Source of the DNA: Nostoc punctiforme PCC 73102 | GTDB lineage: Bacteria > Cyanobacteriota > Cyanobacteriia > Cyanobacteriales > Nostocaceae | NCBI RefSeq assembly: GCF_000020025.1 | Contig: NC_010628.1 | Span: 5,160,001 to 5,192,000, forward strand | Length of the DNA stretch: 32,000 bases | Direction: 5' to 3' | Shown: piece by piece, positions 1-9,067 of the stretch | How positions within the stretch are numbered: position 1 is the first letter of the stretch | How the letters are laid out: each line of letters opens with the position of its first letter | Notes under the pieces: generated by a model | Seen by the model: the letters and a program-made list of their open reading frames with translations, nothing else | Told to the model about the DNA's origin: nothing | Database searches by the model: none | Position numbers and translations under genes: made by a program

Positions 1-90
1 ACCTTGGTCAAACCAGAAATTTGCGCCACTGATACCTGTTAGATTGAAACTTTCATCGCCTAGATTTGAATCATCTGATGAATTTTCCAT
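1..90 (-). CDS. Possible 5' end of a pstC-like phosphate ABC transporter permease gene, truncated by the window edge
   Basis: ATG at 88-90 (minus strand) is followed by 30 open codons to the window edge (MENSSDDSNLGDESFNLTGISGANFWFDQG). It lies directly downstream of pstS on the same strand, so pstC is expected from operon order. The fragment is too short to identify from sequence. Confidence 0.3.
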   Translation of the reverse strand, partial: MENSSDDSNLGDESFNLTGISGANFWFDQG

Positions 91-209
91 TACAAATCAA
101 TAAAATAGATTTTTATTGCTACTAGAACGAGTTATTAACTTACTCTAGTAGGAGAGAAGATTATTAAGATAATTCCCCTATTCCCTCTTTTTAAGGGAGA
201 ATTTTAAAA

Positions 210-235
210 TCCCCCTTTTTAAGTGGGTTGGGGGA
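210..235 (-). terminator. Hairpin downstream of pstS, a possible intrinsic terminator or attenuator
   Basis: tccccc (210-215) pairs with ggggga (230-235) around a 14-nt loop. On the minus strand the hairpin is followed by TTTT. It sits about 30 nt after the pstS stop. Confidence 0.35.
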
Positions 236-266
236 TATTTTCTACGTAAGTCCTAAAGATTGCAAA

Positions 267-1310
267 TTAAGGTTTGACAGAGCTATTCACTGTTTGAAGC
301 ACCCGATTTGCTACATCAGATGGAATTTTGGTGTAGTTGAGGTCATCGTTATACTGTTGACCGTCCTTCAATACCCAATTAATCCATTTCTTAATTGCAT
401 CAGCTTTAGCAGCATTAGCATACTGTTTGTAAACCATCATCCAAGTAAGGCCAACGATCGGATAACCTTGTGCTGGTTCTCCTACAAAAACACGGTAATT
501 GTCTGGAAAAGTGACAGTTGACAAAGCTGCATTTGCAGACTCTAAAGAAGGAGCAACAAATTCTCCTTTCTTATTTTGTACTAGTGCTGATTTCAGATTG
601 TTTTTGACGGCGTAGGCATATTCTACATAACCAATAGAACCAGGAGTACGAGATACTATAGCAGCTACGCCTGGATTGCCTTTGCCTTTCAGGACGTTTG
701 GCAGATTCCATTTTGGAGCAGTGTTAGCTCCAACTCTGCCTTTAAAATAACCGCTGGTAGCACTTAAGTGGTTAGTGAAAATGAAAGTTGTACCGCTACC
801 ATCAGCGCGAACAACAAATTTAATTGCTTGACTTGGTAGATTGACACCGGGATTATCAGCTTTAATTTTTGCGTCATCCCATTTGGTAATTTGACCTGAG
901 AAAATTTCTGGTAGTGTCTTACGGGACAACTTGAGATCGTTAACACCTGGAAGATTATAAACAACAGAAACGGCACCACCTGCTGTAGGTACTAAGATTA
1001 CACCGTTCTTGACTTTACTGATTTCATCATCTTTCATTGCAGCATCACTACCACCAAAGTCAACGGTTCCAGCGGTGACTTGACGAATACCGCCGCCACT
1101 ACCAATTGCTTGATAGTTAATTTTCAAGTCTGGATATTTCTTCTTCACTTCACGAGCATACCGTTCGTAAAGCGGAGCCGGAAAAGTTGCTCCTGCACCA
1201 TTGAGAGTTTCAGCTTGTGCGATCGCACCAAAAAATGGACTAAGTGCAACAGAAGTTGTCACCAATGAAGTAGCAATGACACGATTCAAGGTGGTGGTCG
1301 AAAAAATCAT
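267..1310 (-). CDS. pstS: Phosphate ABC transporter substrate-binding protein PstS
   Basis: 347-aa ORF with an N-terminal signal peptide and the PstS-typical GAGATFPAPLYERYA and GSGGGI motifs. A GAGG Shine-Dalgarno-like sequence lies 5 nt upstream of the ATG. Confidence 0.9.
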   Translation of the reverse strand: MIFSTTTLNRVIATSLVTTSVALSPFFGAIAQAETLNGAGATFPAPLYERYAREVKKKYPDLKINYQAIGSGGGIRQVTAGTVDFGGSDAAMKDDEISKVKNGVILVPTAGGAVSVVYNLPGVNDLKLSRKTLPEIFSGQITKWDDAKIKADNPGVNLPSQAIKFVVRADGSGTTFIFTNHLSATSGYFKGRVGANTAPKWNLPNVLKGKGNPGVAAIVSRTPGSIGYVEYAYAVKNNLKSALVQNKKGEFVAPSLESANAALSTVTFPDNYRVFVGEPAQGYPIVGLTWMMVYKQYANAAKADAIKKWINWVLKDGQQYNDDLNYTKIPSDVANRVLQTVNSSVKP

Positions 1311-1353
1311 ATTACCTCTGATTAAAGGAATATCTTCCTGCTGTAATTCCAGC

Positions 1354-1438
1354 CTTAATCAAGTTACATTTATTATGGTTAAGTTTTCTTTAACAATTGA
1401 TAAATAAAAAATTAAGATGCGTTTAAATCCTAATTTAA
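1354..1438 (-). promoter_or_regulatory. Pho-box-like array of phased TTAA octamers upstream of pstS
   Basis: TTAA cores at 1379, 1390, 1412 and 1423 fall on an 11-bp phase (intervals 11, 22 and 11), and the slot at 1401 is degenerate. Further cores occur at 1355 and 1435. Minus-strand octamers CTTAACCA and CTTAATTT fit the Synechocystis SphR consensus PyTTAAPyPy(T/A). The array lies 66-130 nt upstream of the pstS ATG. Confidence 0.35.
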
Positions 1439-1667
1439 AATATTTTTTACTTGTTGATATTTGATTGATGGGATTAGTTAGGAAAAAGATCCCAATAAAA
1501 ACTTAAATCCAATTTAAATAATTAAAAATGAGTAAATCACTAAACTTAAAAAATATAACTTTGCTAGAAAATGAATAAAAATCTGTGTTTATCAGTTAGT
1601 TCGGTAATGATGCGTTTTGGCATATTTTCAGTGCAATAATATTAGATAGGCTTGAACAAAATATTTG

Positions 1668-2237
1668 TTACGCAGTCACCTTTAACCATCCAAAAATATC
1701 ACCTACCTTCAACTGTAACCCCTGACAAAATTCTGGCACTGGTAAAACAGACTCAATTTCCTCAAAAGGTAAAGGTTGTTGTCCCGCAGGATAAGCAGCA
1801 ATGAATCGCTCATCAGGATCAATTAACCAACCCATTTGAGTTCCATGATTGAGAGCGTGTAAGATTTTTTTTGTAACTTTTGTATGGCTTTGTTCGGGTG
1901 AGAGAATTTCGATTATCCAGTCGGGTGCTACAGTAAATGTATTGGCAATATCACCATTTTCATCTACGGGAAGCCTTGCCCAAGAAAATACAGCGACATC
2001 GGGAACTATAGAACGTCCTGCAAAAGTGCAACGCAATTCTGGAAAAGCCCAACCCATTTTTTGGATTTTGATAACAGAATTGATTGCGGGACAGAGTTCT
2101 CCTTGAATAGTACTATGTTTTCTTTGAGGCATAGGTTTTGGAACAATTTGACCGTCAATGTATTCACAGTACGGTTTAGTTTCTGGTAGTGCGAGAAACT
2201 CTTCTAGAGTCAATCTTTTATTTGATATTTGTACCAT
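1668..2237 (-). CDS. Uma2 family (DUF820) restriction-endonuclease-fold protein
   Basis: 189-aa ORF with the typical Uma2 N-terminus (LTLEEFLALPETKPYCEYIDGQIVPKPMP), a PDVAVF motif and an IIEILSP motif. This family is highly expanded in cyanobacteria. Confidence 0.8.
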   Translation of the reverse strand: MVQISNKRLTLEEFLALPETKPYCEYIDGQIVPKPMPQRKHSTIQGELCPAINSVIKIQKMGWAFPELRCTFAGRSIVPDVAVFSWARLPVDENGDIANTFTVAPDWIIEILSPEQSHTKVTKKILHALNHGTQMGWLIDPDERFIAAYPAGQQPLPFEEIESVLPVPEFCQGLQLKVGDIFGWLKVTA

Positions 2238-2338
2238 GATTATCCTAGCTTCAACTTATGAGGAGTTTTTGATATAGTTAATATTTACCTTATTATAAAA
2301 TTTTTTCAATCTCCCAATCAGCCAACATCTAAATTATT

Positions 2339-3292
2339 TTATGTTTGCTTGCGGCTACAATACATTACCAAAAGTATAAACAACCCCATTCCTGCTAAAT
2401 ATTTAATTGCATCAGGTATGCTCGGATTAGGTGAAAAAAAGCCTTCGATCGTACCAGCAATTATCAACATTGGTACAATGCCAAATACTAGCTGCACCGC
2501 CTGAGAACCATAAAATTTCAGTGCATCTCCACGGCGATATTTACCAGGAAATAAAATTGCTCTTGCTAATAAAAATCCTGAACCCCCAGCAAAAAAGATT
2601 GCGGGTAATTCCAAGGAACCATGTGGAAATACAAAAGCCCAAAAAGGATAAGCCAGATTATTTTGACCAACCAAAGTGCCAACAGCACCAATTAATAAGC
2701 CATTAAAAATCATCAAATAGGCTGTATATAGCCCGACGGTGATACCACCAGCAACAGCACCAAAAGAAACGGACAAATTGTTGATCGTGATACTGCTGGA
2801 TGCCAGAGGTTCAACACCGACAATTGACCCCATCCATAATTTATGATCGTCTCGCACCTTGGTAATCAAACTTTCAGGTACGATCAAAGCCATAAAGCTG
2901 GGGTTTTGCCAAGAATACCACCAAGCCACTAGTGCCCCTATTAGGAATAGTGCCGTGGCTACAGCAATATATGCAAATGTTTTCTGGACTACATCTGGTA
3001 ATCCCCATTTGTAAAATTCTAGGATTGCTTGCCATTCCTGTCGCCGCGAACCTTGGTAAATCTGCGTATAGGCACGAGTTGTTAAAGATTGTAAACTTTG
3101 TATCAAAGTATTGCCGATTTGCTGGGTACGGGCACGAGCCAAATCTGCCGCTACTGAACGATATAAACTCGCTAATTCTCTAATTTCTGCTGCCCGTAGA
3201 GACTTTAGCCCTCTTTTTTCTATCTGCTTTAATAAGGCATCCAGACGTTGCCAATTTGGTTCTCGTCGCGCAATCCAACGTTGAATATTCAT
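2339..3292 (-). CDS. SpoIIM-like (DUF95) polytopic membrane protein
   Basis: The ORF has a cytoplasmic helical N-terminus (RWIARREPNWQRLDALL...LASLYRSVAADLARART) followed by about 5 TM segments. The ATG at 3292 is preferred. A GTG at 3307 would add 5 codons. Confidence 0.6.
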   Translation of the reverse strand: MNIQRWIARREPNWQRLDALLKQIEKRGLKSLRAAEIRELASLYRSVAADLARARTQQIGNTLIQSLQSLTTRAYTQIYQGSRRQEWQAILEFYKWGLPDVVQKTFAYIAVATALFLIGALVAWWYSWQNPSFMALIVPESLITKVRDDHKLWMGSIVGVEPLASSSITINNLSVSFGAVAGGITVGLYTAYLMIFNGLLIGAVGTLVGQNNLAYPFWAFVFPHGSLELPAIFFAGGSGFLLARAILFPGKYRRGDALKFYGSQAVQLVFGIVPMLIIAGTIEGFFSPNPSIPDAIKYLAGMGLFILLVMYCSRKQT

Positions 3293-3372
3293 GAATTTTG
3301 GGAACACTGAGTTTAACTTAGCTTAAGATAGCCTCAAATTCATCTCCGTAGTTTCAAGGGAAATTTGCCATT

Positions 3373-4218
3373 ATGTCTGAAAATTTTGGATCTTCCGGCC
3401 AGATACAACCACTGAGTGTAGGAAATGTTGTCAGTGCTGCGGTGCGATTGTATCGTTCTCATCTTAAGACTTATCTGAAACTGGCTGCGATCGCTCACTT
3501 GTGGGTTATCGTTCCGATTTATGGCTGGGCAAAATATGCAGCCATCTCTGGACTAATTTCACGCTTGGCTTTTAGAGAATTGATTTACCAACCTGAAAGT
3601 GTCCAAGCCGCCAGCAGCCATGTTAATCCGCGTCTGTGGTCATTTTTAAGAGTTGGTTTTCAGGTAGGAGTATCTTTGCTGCTAGTTTATTTAGGATTGG
3701 CGATCGCAGGTGGTATTCTGTCTGCTTTGCTGGTAGCGTTATTGGGAGGGATATTAGGTACTGCGGGTGTTATAGTCACAACCACATTGACAATAATTTT
3801 AATGGTAATTATTTTACTGTTGGGACTAACCTGGTTCTACTCTCGTTGGATAGTAGCTGAGGTACCGCTAGCAGTTGAAGAAAATATTAATGGTGGCGAA
3901 AGTGTTGCTAGAAGTTGGGAATTAACTAAAGCCTCAGTACTTCGCATTCAGGGCGTTGTTTTAGTTGCTTTTTTCGTTACACTGCCATTAGTGTTTGTAT
4001 TAAACTATATACCTAGCTTATTCCTCATCAAGCTTGAGCCAGGTACTGTCATCTACGGAATTGTGTATTTTATTTCTGTGATTGGCAGCTTAGTAGGTGG
4101 AGTTTTGATAATGCCATTCTGGCAAGCACTAAAAGCTGTTTTATACTTGGATTTGCGGACTCGGCGTGAGGGTCTAGGTTTGCAGTTACGGCAACCTCCT
4201 ACACAAGATTTTCGTTAA
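3373..4218 (+). CDS. Polytopic membrane protein of unknown function
   Basis: 281-aa ORF with multiple long hydrophobic segments. It is divergent from the SpoIIM-like gene and ends 44 nt before the RDD gene, so the two are probably co-transcribed. Confidence 0.6.
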   Translation: MSENFGSSGQIQPLSVGNVVSAAVRLYRSHLKTYLKLAAIAHLWVIVPIYGWAKYAAISGLISRLAFRELIYQPESVQAASSHVNPRLWSFLRVGFQVGVSLLLVYLGLAIAGGILSALLVALLGGILGTAGVIVTTTLTIILMVIILLLGLTWFYSRWIVAEVPLAVEENINGGESVARSWELTKASVLRIQGVVLVAFFVTLPLVFVLNYIPSLFLIKLEPGTVIYGIVYFISVIGSLVGGVLIMPFWQALKAVLYLDLRTRREGLGLQLRQPPTQDFR

Positions 4219-4262
4219 CCAAGGTCTTAATTCAACTCTATTAATTTTCAATTGGTTAAAAT

Positions 4263-5048
4263 ATGCGCTTTTTTAATCGCATCACATTCCAGACTCCAGA
4301 AAGTGTAGAGTTGGAATTTACTTTAGCGGGAATTGGTAATCGAGCTTTAGCGCTGCTGATTGACTATGCAGTGTTGGGTATAACTTTGCTTCTGTTTGTC
4401 TTTACCTGGACTGTCTTTTCAACGCAGCTGGTAAATTTTCTTGAAGACTTTTTTACGAGTTTACCAAATTTAGACATTTGGTTGTTAGCAATTTTCTTCA
4501 TTATTACCTTTGTAATTTACATCAGCTATTTTGTATTTTTTGAAACCTTATGGTTTGGGCAAACCCCTGGTAAACGGGTTGCTAAAATTCGCGTAGTTCG
4601 AGATGATGGCAGGCTCATTGGGTTACAACAAGCAACTCTCCGTGCCCTATTGCGACCCTTTGATGAGATTTTATTTATTGGCGCTTTTTTAATTATGTTG
4701 GGTAGTCGTGAAAAGCGTTTAGGTGATTTGGCTGCCGGTACAATTGTAATTCAAGCTGAAATACCCATCGCATCGGCGACATTGACAATTTCAGAACAGG
4801 CAAAGGAACTTCATGAACAGTTAATCCAAATCGCCGATTTATCGAAATTATTGCCCGATGATTTTGCAGTTATTCGTGAATATTTGCAGCGACGGGCTGC
4901 AATGTCATTAAAGGCAAGAGCCTCACTATCTCTAAAGTTAGCCGAGCAAGTAGTAGCTATTATTAATTTAGAAAACTTGCCAGAAGCTGTTACACCTGAT
5001 GTATTTTTAGAAGCTGTTTATCTCGTATATCAAGAACCTAAATTTTAG
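4263..5048 (+). CDS. RDD family membrane protein
   Basis: 261-aa ORF with an N-terminal RDD-type TM domain (ALALLIDYAVL ... GQTPGKRVAKIRVVRDDG) and a soluble helical C-terminus. Confidence 0.8.
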   Translation: MRFFNRITFQTPESVELEFTLAGIGNRALALLIDYAVLGITLLLFVFTWTVFSTQLVNFLEDFFTSLPNLDIWLLAIFFIITFVIYISYFVFFETLWFGQTPGKRVAKIRVVRDDGRLIGLQQATLRALLRPFDEILFIGAFLIMLGSREKRLGDLAAGTIVIQAEIPIASATLTISEQAKELHEQLIQIADLSKLLPDDFAVIREYLQRRAAMSLKARASLSLKLAEQVVAIINLENLPEAVTPDVFLEAVYLVYQEPKF

Positions 5049-5109
5049 GCGAGAGATTTTATTTACAGCATTGACAAAAAGTTAAGTTTATCTAAAAGAC
5101 AAAATCATA

Positions 5110-5160
5110 ATCAGTAGTTAGTTGCCAGTAAGTGGAAACTACTGGCTACTAACTACTGAT
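5110..5160. terminator. Long hairpin between convergent genes, a probable bidirectional terminator
   Basis: The 21-nt arms 5110-5130 and 5140-5160 (atcagtagttagtTgccagta / tactggcTactaactactgat) are complementary with one mismatch and enclose a 9-nt loop. The hairpin lies between the RDD gene stop (5048) and the stop of the 5168-5959 gene. Confidence 0.6.
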
Positions 5161-5167
5161 TAATGAC

Positions 5168-5959
5168 TTAAAAATCTAAAATCGGCCAATCTGGTTCACG
5201 ATAATAGTGTGTCATGTTGTCAAATTTTCGCAATTCGACACGATTGATCGAAAATTCTGGCAAATTAAACAGCCATTTTTCATTCAATTCCGAAAGCTTT
5301 GTGCTGAAACTTGTGCGATCTAAGTCAGATGAAACCTCCCCAAAATAGGCTAATGTAACATGGGCAGTGAAATGATAATGCTGCTCAATACCCAAGGCAA
5401 TCAACTTGGGATTTTGATAAATTGTTCGGCGGAACTTAATAATTTCCTCATAGCAGCTTTCATCTTGAGGTACTAAACAAACAGCTATAGCTCTTGGCAT
5501 CAGTATCAGTCCCAGCATTTGCCATTTAATCGGATGACTCCTATTTGTCATCAATTGTTGATATTGCTGAAACATTTCGGCTAAACAAGAGGGTAACTCC
5601 TCGTCAAATTTAGGATTCTTTTCGCGGGCATCAAGGTAAGCATGATCCCAAATTAAATCCGCTAAAGTTACATGGAAGCTAGCAGGAGGTACAGGTATAA
5701 TCAAATTACGGTTTACAGGCAACTGCAAAAGTTCCTGTTGGTAAGTCTGTAATTTGGCATAGAAAGCAGAATTTTCTGATTCTTCTTCTGCCGCAGGCGG
5801 TGTAATTAGCGTATACCCAGGAAAAGACGCTGCTTCTCTCAAGCCAGAATTTGGCTGAAATTTAGAAGATTCCTGAATATGCTGGGCTTGGGATCTGTAG
5901 GCTTCTGGCAGCGTCAGTCGTGCTAACCGATTTAAGTAAGTTTGATAGTTGTCGTCCAA
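5168..5959 (-). CDS. 2H-phosphoesterase-superfamily-like protein (LigT / cyclic phosphodiesterase-like; possibly DUF1868)
   Basis: 263-aa ORF with two H-x-T-x motifs in the expected arrangement: FHVTLADL in the N-terminal half and AHVTLAYFG in the C-terminal half. Confidence 0.6.
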   Translation of the reverse strand: MDDNYQTYLNRLARLTLPEAYRSQAQHIQESSKFQPNSGLREAASFPGYTLITPPAAEEESENSAFYAKLQTYQQELLQLPVNRNLIIPVPPASFHVTLADLIWDHAYLDAREKNPKFDEELPSCLAEMFQQYQQLMTNRSHPIKWQMLGLILMPRAIAVCLVPQDESCYEEIIKFRRTIYQNPKLIALGIEQHYHFTAHVTLAYFGEVSSDLDRTSFSTKLSELNEKWLFNLPEFSINRVELRKFDNMTHYYREPDWPILDF

Positions 5960-6124
5960 TCTTCATAGCCTCACGCTCTCACTTGATAGATTTTAGGGAA
6001 AATTACCCCGAATAAGAGAATGATTTTAAAAGTATTTAGTTTTTGGGGCTGAGGGAGTTAGCAGTTAGGAGTTTTAAGCATTCTTCCCCAATGAGCCATT
6101 CCCCATGCCCAATGAGGTTTATCT

Positions 6125-7114
6125 ATGCCAATCTATGTTTACTGGGGTGAAGATGATTTTGCGATGGAAAAGGCGATCGCTGTTTTGCGCGATCACGTTC
6201 TCGATCCCAATTGGATAAGTTTTAATTACACTGCATTCACCCCGGATCAAGCTGATGCTGCTATCCAGGCGTTAAATCAGGTGATGACACCTACTTTTGG
6301 CGCGGGTGGACGCTTGGTATGGCTGATAAATACAACCCTGTATCAGCACTGTCCAGAGAATGTCTTAGCGGAACTAGTGCGATCGCTATCTGTCATTCCC
6401 GAAAACTCATTTTTATTACTCAGCAGCCGCAACAAGCCAGATGAACGCCTCAAATCCACGAAATTGTTAAAACAATTTGCTACCGAATTCCGAGAATTTC
6501 CCCTCATCCCTCCTTGGAAAACCGAATTACTAGTGCAATCTGTTAATCAAGTAGCCCAGACTGTGGGCGTAAAACTCACTGCCAATACTGCCCAACTGTT
6601 GGCAGAATCCGTCGGAAATGATACGCGATTGCTCTACAATGAAATAGAGAAATTACGGTTATATGCCTACGGTAGCAATAAGCCTTTAGACGTAGATACC
6701 GTTACAAAGCTAGTAAGAAATACTACTCAAAATAGTTTACAATTAGCAGCAGCAATCAGAATAGGAGATACAGCGAAAGCTTTGACAACCTTGGCAGATA
6801 TGATCAATGCTTCCGAACCGGGATTACGGATAGTGGCCACACTGATTGGACAATTTCGCACCTGGCTATGGGTCAAGATTATGATAGAAAGTGGTGAGCG
6901 CAACCAACAAGCGATAGCTATTGCTGCTGATATCGGTAATCCCAAGCGGATCTACTTCTTACAGCAAGAAATCAAACTGCTTTCTGTGCAACAGTTAATC
7001 TCATGCTTACCTCTACTATTGGAGTTAGAAGTGAGCCTTAAGCAAGGAGCATCAGAAATGTCAACCTTTCAGACTAAAGTCATCGAACTTTGTCAAGTAT
7101 GCCAAGGAAGTTGA
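6125..7114 (+). CDS. holA: DNA polymerase III delta subunit (clamp loader)
   Basis: 329-aa ORF whose N-terminus (MPIYVYWGEDDF...) and overall length and pattern are typical of cyanobacterial HolA. Confidence 0.75.
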   Translation: MPIYVYWGEDDFAMEKAIAVLRDHVLDPNWISFNYTAFTPDQADAAIQALNQVMTPTFGAGGRLVWLINTTLYQHCPENVLAELVRSLSVIPENSFLLLSSRNKPDERLKSTKLLKQFATEFREFPLIPPWKTELLVQSVNQVAQTVGVKLTANTAQLLAESVGNDTRLLYNEIEKLRLYAYGSNKPLDVDTVTKLVRNTTQNSLQLAAAIRIGDTAKALTTLADMINASEPGLRIVATLIGQFRTWLWVKIMIESGERNQQAIAIAADIGNPKRIYFLQQEIKLLSVQQLISCLPLLLELEVSLKQGASEMSTFQTKVIELCQVCQGS

Positions 7115-7223
7115 CAATCAAATATAAAAACTTGATGTACTGAACAGTTGCTGGAACTTCCAACTCCGAAAATAATTCAAAGTCCTTATAATATCCCTGA
7201 TGTAGTTTTGTGTCACACACTAT

Positions 7224-7706
7224 ATGAATAAAATTTCCAATTTTCTTTCCCGATCCAGCCGAAAGCGAATCCTTTGCCAATCATTCTTTTTCGGCGCGAT
7301 CGCTACTACGAGTGTCATTTCTAACGCTTTTTCAGTTAATTCAAAAGCTTATGGTCAAACTCCATCACCAATAGCTAACAATACTCAAATTGACAGCTAC
7401 GCTCAAGCAGTGCTAGCAATGGAACCAGCACGCCAAAAGGCTTTTGAAACCATTAAAAACCTTATTGGCAATGGAGAAGTTCCTAAAATTGTTTGTAACG
7501 ATTCTAACAGCATAAATGGTCTTCCTAGAAAGGCTCAAGATATCGCAGTAAATTACTGTAATAACTCTCAAAAAATTGTCCAAGATAATGGTTTGAGCAT
7601 CGATCAGTTTAACAAAATCACAATAGAACTACAAAATAACGATCTTTTAAAACAGCAGGTTTATAATACCTTACTGCGTCTGCAAAAAACTCCTGATTCT
7701 CCGTAG
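7224..7706 (+). CDS. Secreted protein, DUF4168-like
   Basis: 160-aa ORF with a signal-peptide-like N-terminus and a helical repeat pattern (SYAQAVLAMEPARQKAFETIK ... QFNKITIELQNNDLLKQQV). The family assignment is tentative. Confidence 0.5.
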   Translation: MNKISNFLSRSSRKRILCQSFFFGAIATTSVISNAFSVNSKAYGQTPSPIANNTQIDSYAQAVLAMEPARQKAFETIKNLIGNGEVPKIVCNDSNSINGLPRKAQDIAVNYCNNSQKIVQDNGLSIDQFNKITIELQNNDLLKQQVYNTLLRLQKTPDSP

Positions 7707-7757
7707 TTAAAATTTGCATCAACCTTAAAATAAGAGAGGATCGCGGTTAAAAAACTA

Positions 7758-7790
7758 CCCTTGTTATGAAAGCGAGGGCTGGTATTTTTT
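7758..7790 (+). terminator. Weak candidate intrinsic terminator after the DUF4168-like gene
   Basis: cccttg (7758-7763) pairs with cgaggg (7773-7778) with one mismatch. A T6 run follows at 7785-7790. Confidence 0.3.
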
Positions 7791-7900
7791 ATCTAAAAAA
7801 CAATCAAAGATTGATTCATAAAATCCTTGTTTGTCGATAATAGGTTAATAAGTAATAATCTCTTGTATTTACGAATAAATTTTTATTACCATCCTATTAT

Positions 7901-8512
7901 TCAATTATCAGAAAGGTTTGCTTGTCGTTTAGTGTGAATATTTTTCATGTGCTTCTTCACAGTGTTTATGGTGATGTAAAGCTTCATAGCAATTTCTTTG
8001 TAGCTGTAGTTGCTTCTATAGAGAAACCAAATTTCAGCTTCTCGTGGCGTGAGGTCAAATTTTTTAACTTCAGTGAGTGCTACATTTTTTACAGACTCAT
8101 ATTGATTTTCTATGGTAACTAATAAGCAAGGCACTTCAAACCCATCTAAATCTAGCAGTCTCACCCTAATCCGAAAAATATTTGACTTATCAAGTACAAT
8201 TTCATCCGACAAAATCAGAAGTTTATCAGAAAACAAATACTGGCTACTGAGTAAAGATTCACAAAGATTCCAGATAGCTGGCGGTACAAAATTCGGGTTG
8301 AAATTATCTTGATTGAATTGGCAACAAAGGCGATTAGCAGACGCATTACTATGTACTACTTCACCCGTTGGGCTTAAAATTAATATACCGTCTTCTAAGC
8401 CCTCAATTACTTCTTGTAAAAAATTAGCTCGCTTCGAGTTAAGTAAATCAATATTCTCTAGCTGTTCTGGTTCTGCTACTGTTTTTACTAATGTCTTTGT
8501 TAGGGCAATCAT
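7901..8512 (-). CDS. LuxR-family transcriptional regulator with a PAS-like N-terminal domain
   Basis: The 203-aa ORF has a C-terminal LuxR HTH (LTPREAEIWFLYRSNYSYKEIAMKLYITINTVKKHMKNIH). The N-terminus (LQEVIEGLEDGILILSPTGEVVHSNASANRL) is PAS-like. Confidence 0.8.
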   Translation of the reverse strand: MIALTKTLVKTVAEPEQLENIDLLNSKRANFLQEVIEGLEDGILILSPTGEVVHSNASANRLCCQFNQDNFNPNFVPPAIWNLCESLLSSQYLFSDKLLILSDEIVLDKSNIFRIRVRLLDLDGFEVPCLLVTIENQYESVKNVALTEVKKFDLTPREAEIWFLYRSNYSYKEIAMKLYITINTVKKHMKNIHTKRQANLSDN

Positions 8513-9035
8513 AGGAGATAGATTAATGTATAAAATCGTGCTTGTTTGTTAGATTCGTGCAACTTAGAAGATGTAATAATCTATTTTTTGGATGATTATC
8601 TGAATAAATTGGCTGAATATTGCAGACTAATCATACCGATCAAAGTAAGTACAAGTGTTCTTTCTAAAACAAATTCCTGAGAATACTCAATCAACAATTC
8701 ATCTATTTTGTTTGAATTAATTGAGGTTACACATTTTAAATACAACTCTGAAATAGCCTATTTCGGAAGACGCAAAATTTAATTCGGCTGGACTTAGCCT
8801 CGCTACGCTAAGGTGTCATTGCTAGATTAATTGTCTAAAATTAAACGTATTGTTTTGTTGAATATGAGCCACTTCTACAAAATAGCTATCACCCCAATAA
8901 ATAAAAATTATTCAGATGTAAATAAAAATATACACATAAATATTTGTATGTGCGTGTATCCACCAACTATGCTAAATTGCAGACTAAATTTTACATTGAT
9001 GAAAGCGGTTTTCATCTATTTGAACTAGATCTGTC

Positions 9036-9063
9036 CTAGGTGCAATTCATGAATTGCACCTAG
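9036..9063. repeat. Perfect 28-bp palindrome with an AATTCATGAATT core
   Basis: ctaggtgcaattcatgaattgcacctag is its own reverse complement. It lies 22 nt upstream of the recR ORF start and abuts a TGnTATAAT motif. Confidence 0.85.
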
Positions 9064-9067
9064 CGCG

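Noticed and set aside
228-521. 97-aa plus-strand ORF
   Set aside because: It is antisense to the well-supported pstS gene and has no motifs.
3286-3299. attcatgaat 10-mer resembling the recR-flanking palindrome core
   Set aside because: It overlaps the start codon region of the SpoIIM-like gene and lacks the GC-rich arms. It is most likely a coincidence.
8831-9028. 65-aa TTG-start ORF in the AT-rich intergenic region; likewise the 67-aa ORF at 25480-25683
   Set aside because: Both are low-complexity, AT-driven ORFs with non-ATG or context-free starts in promoter regions, and have no recognisable features.
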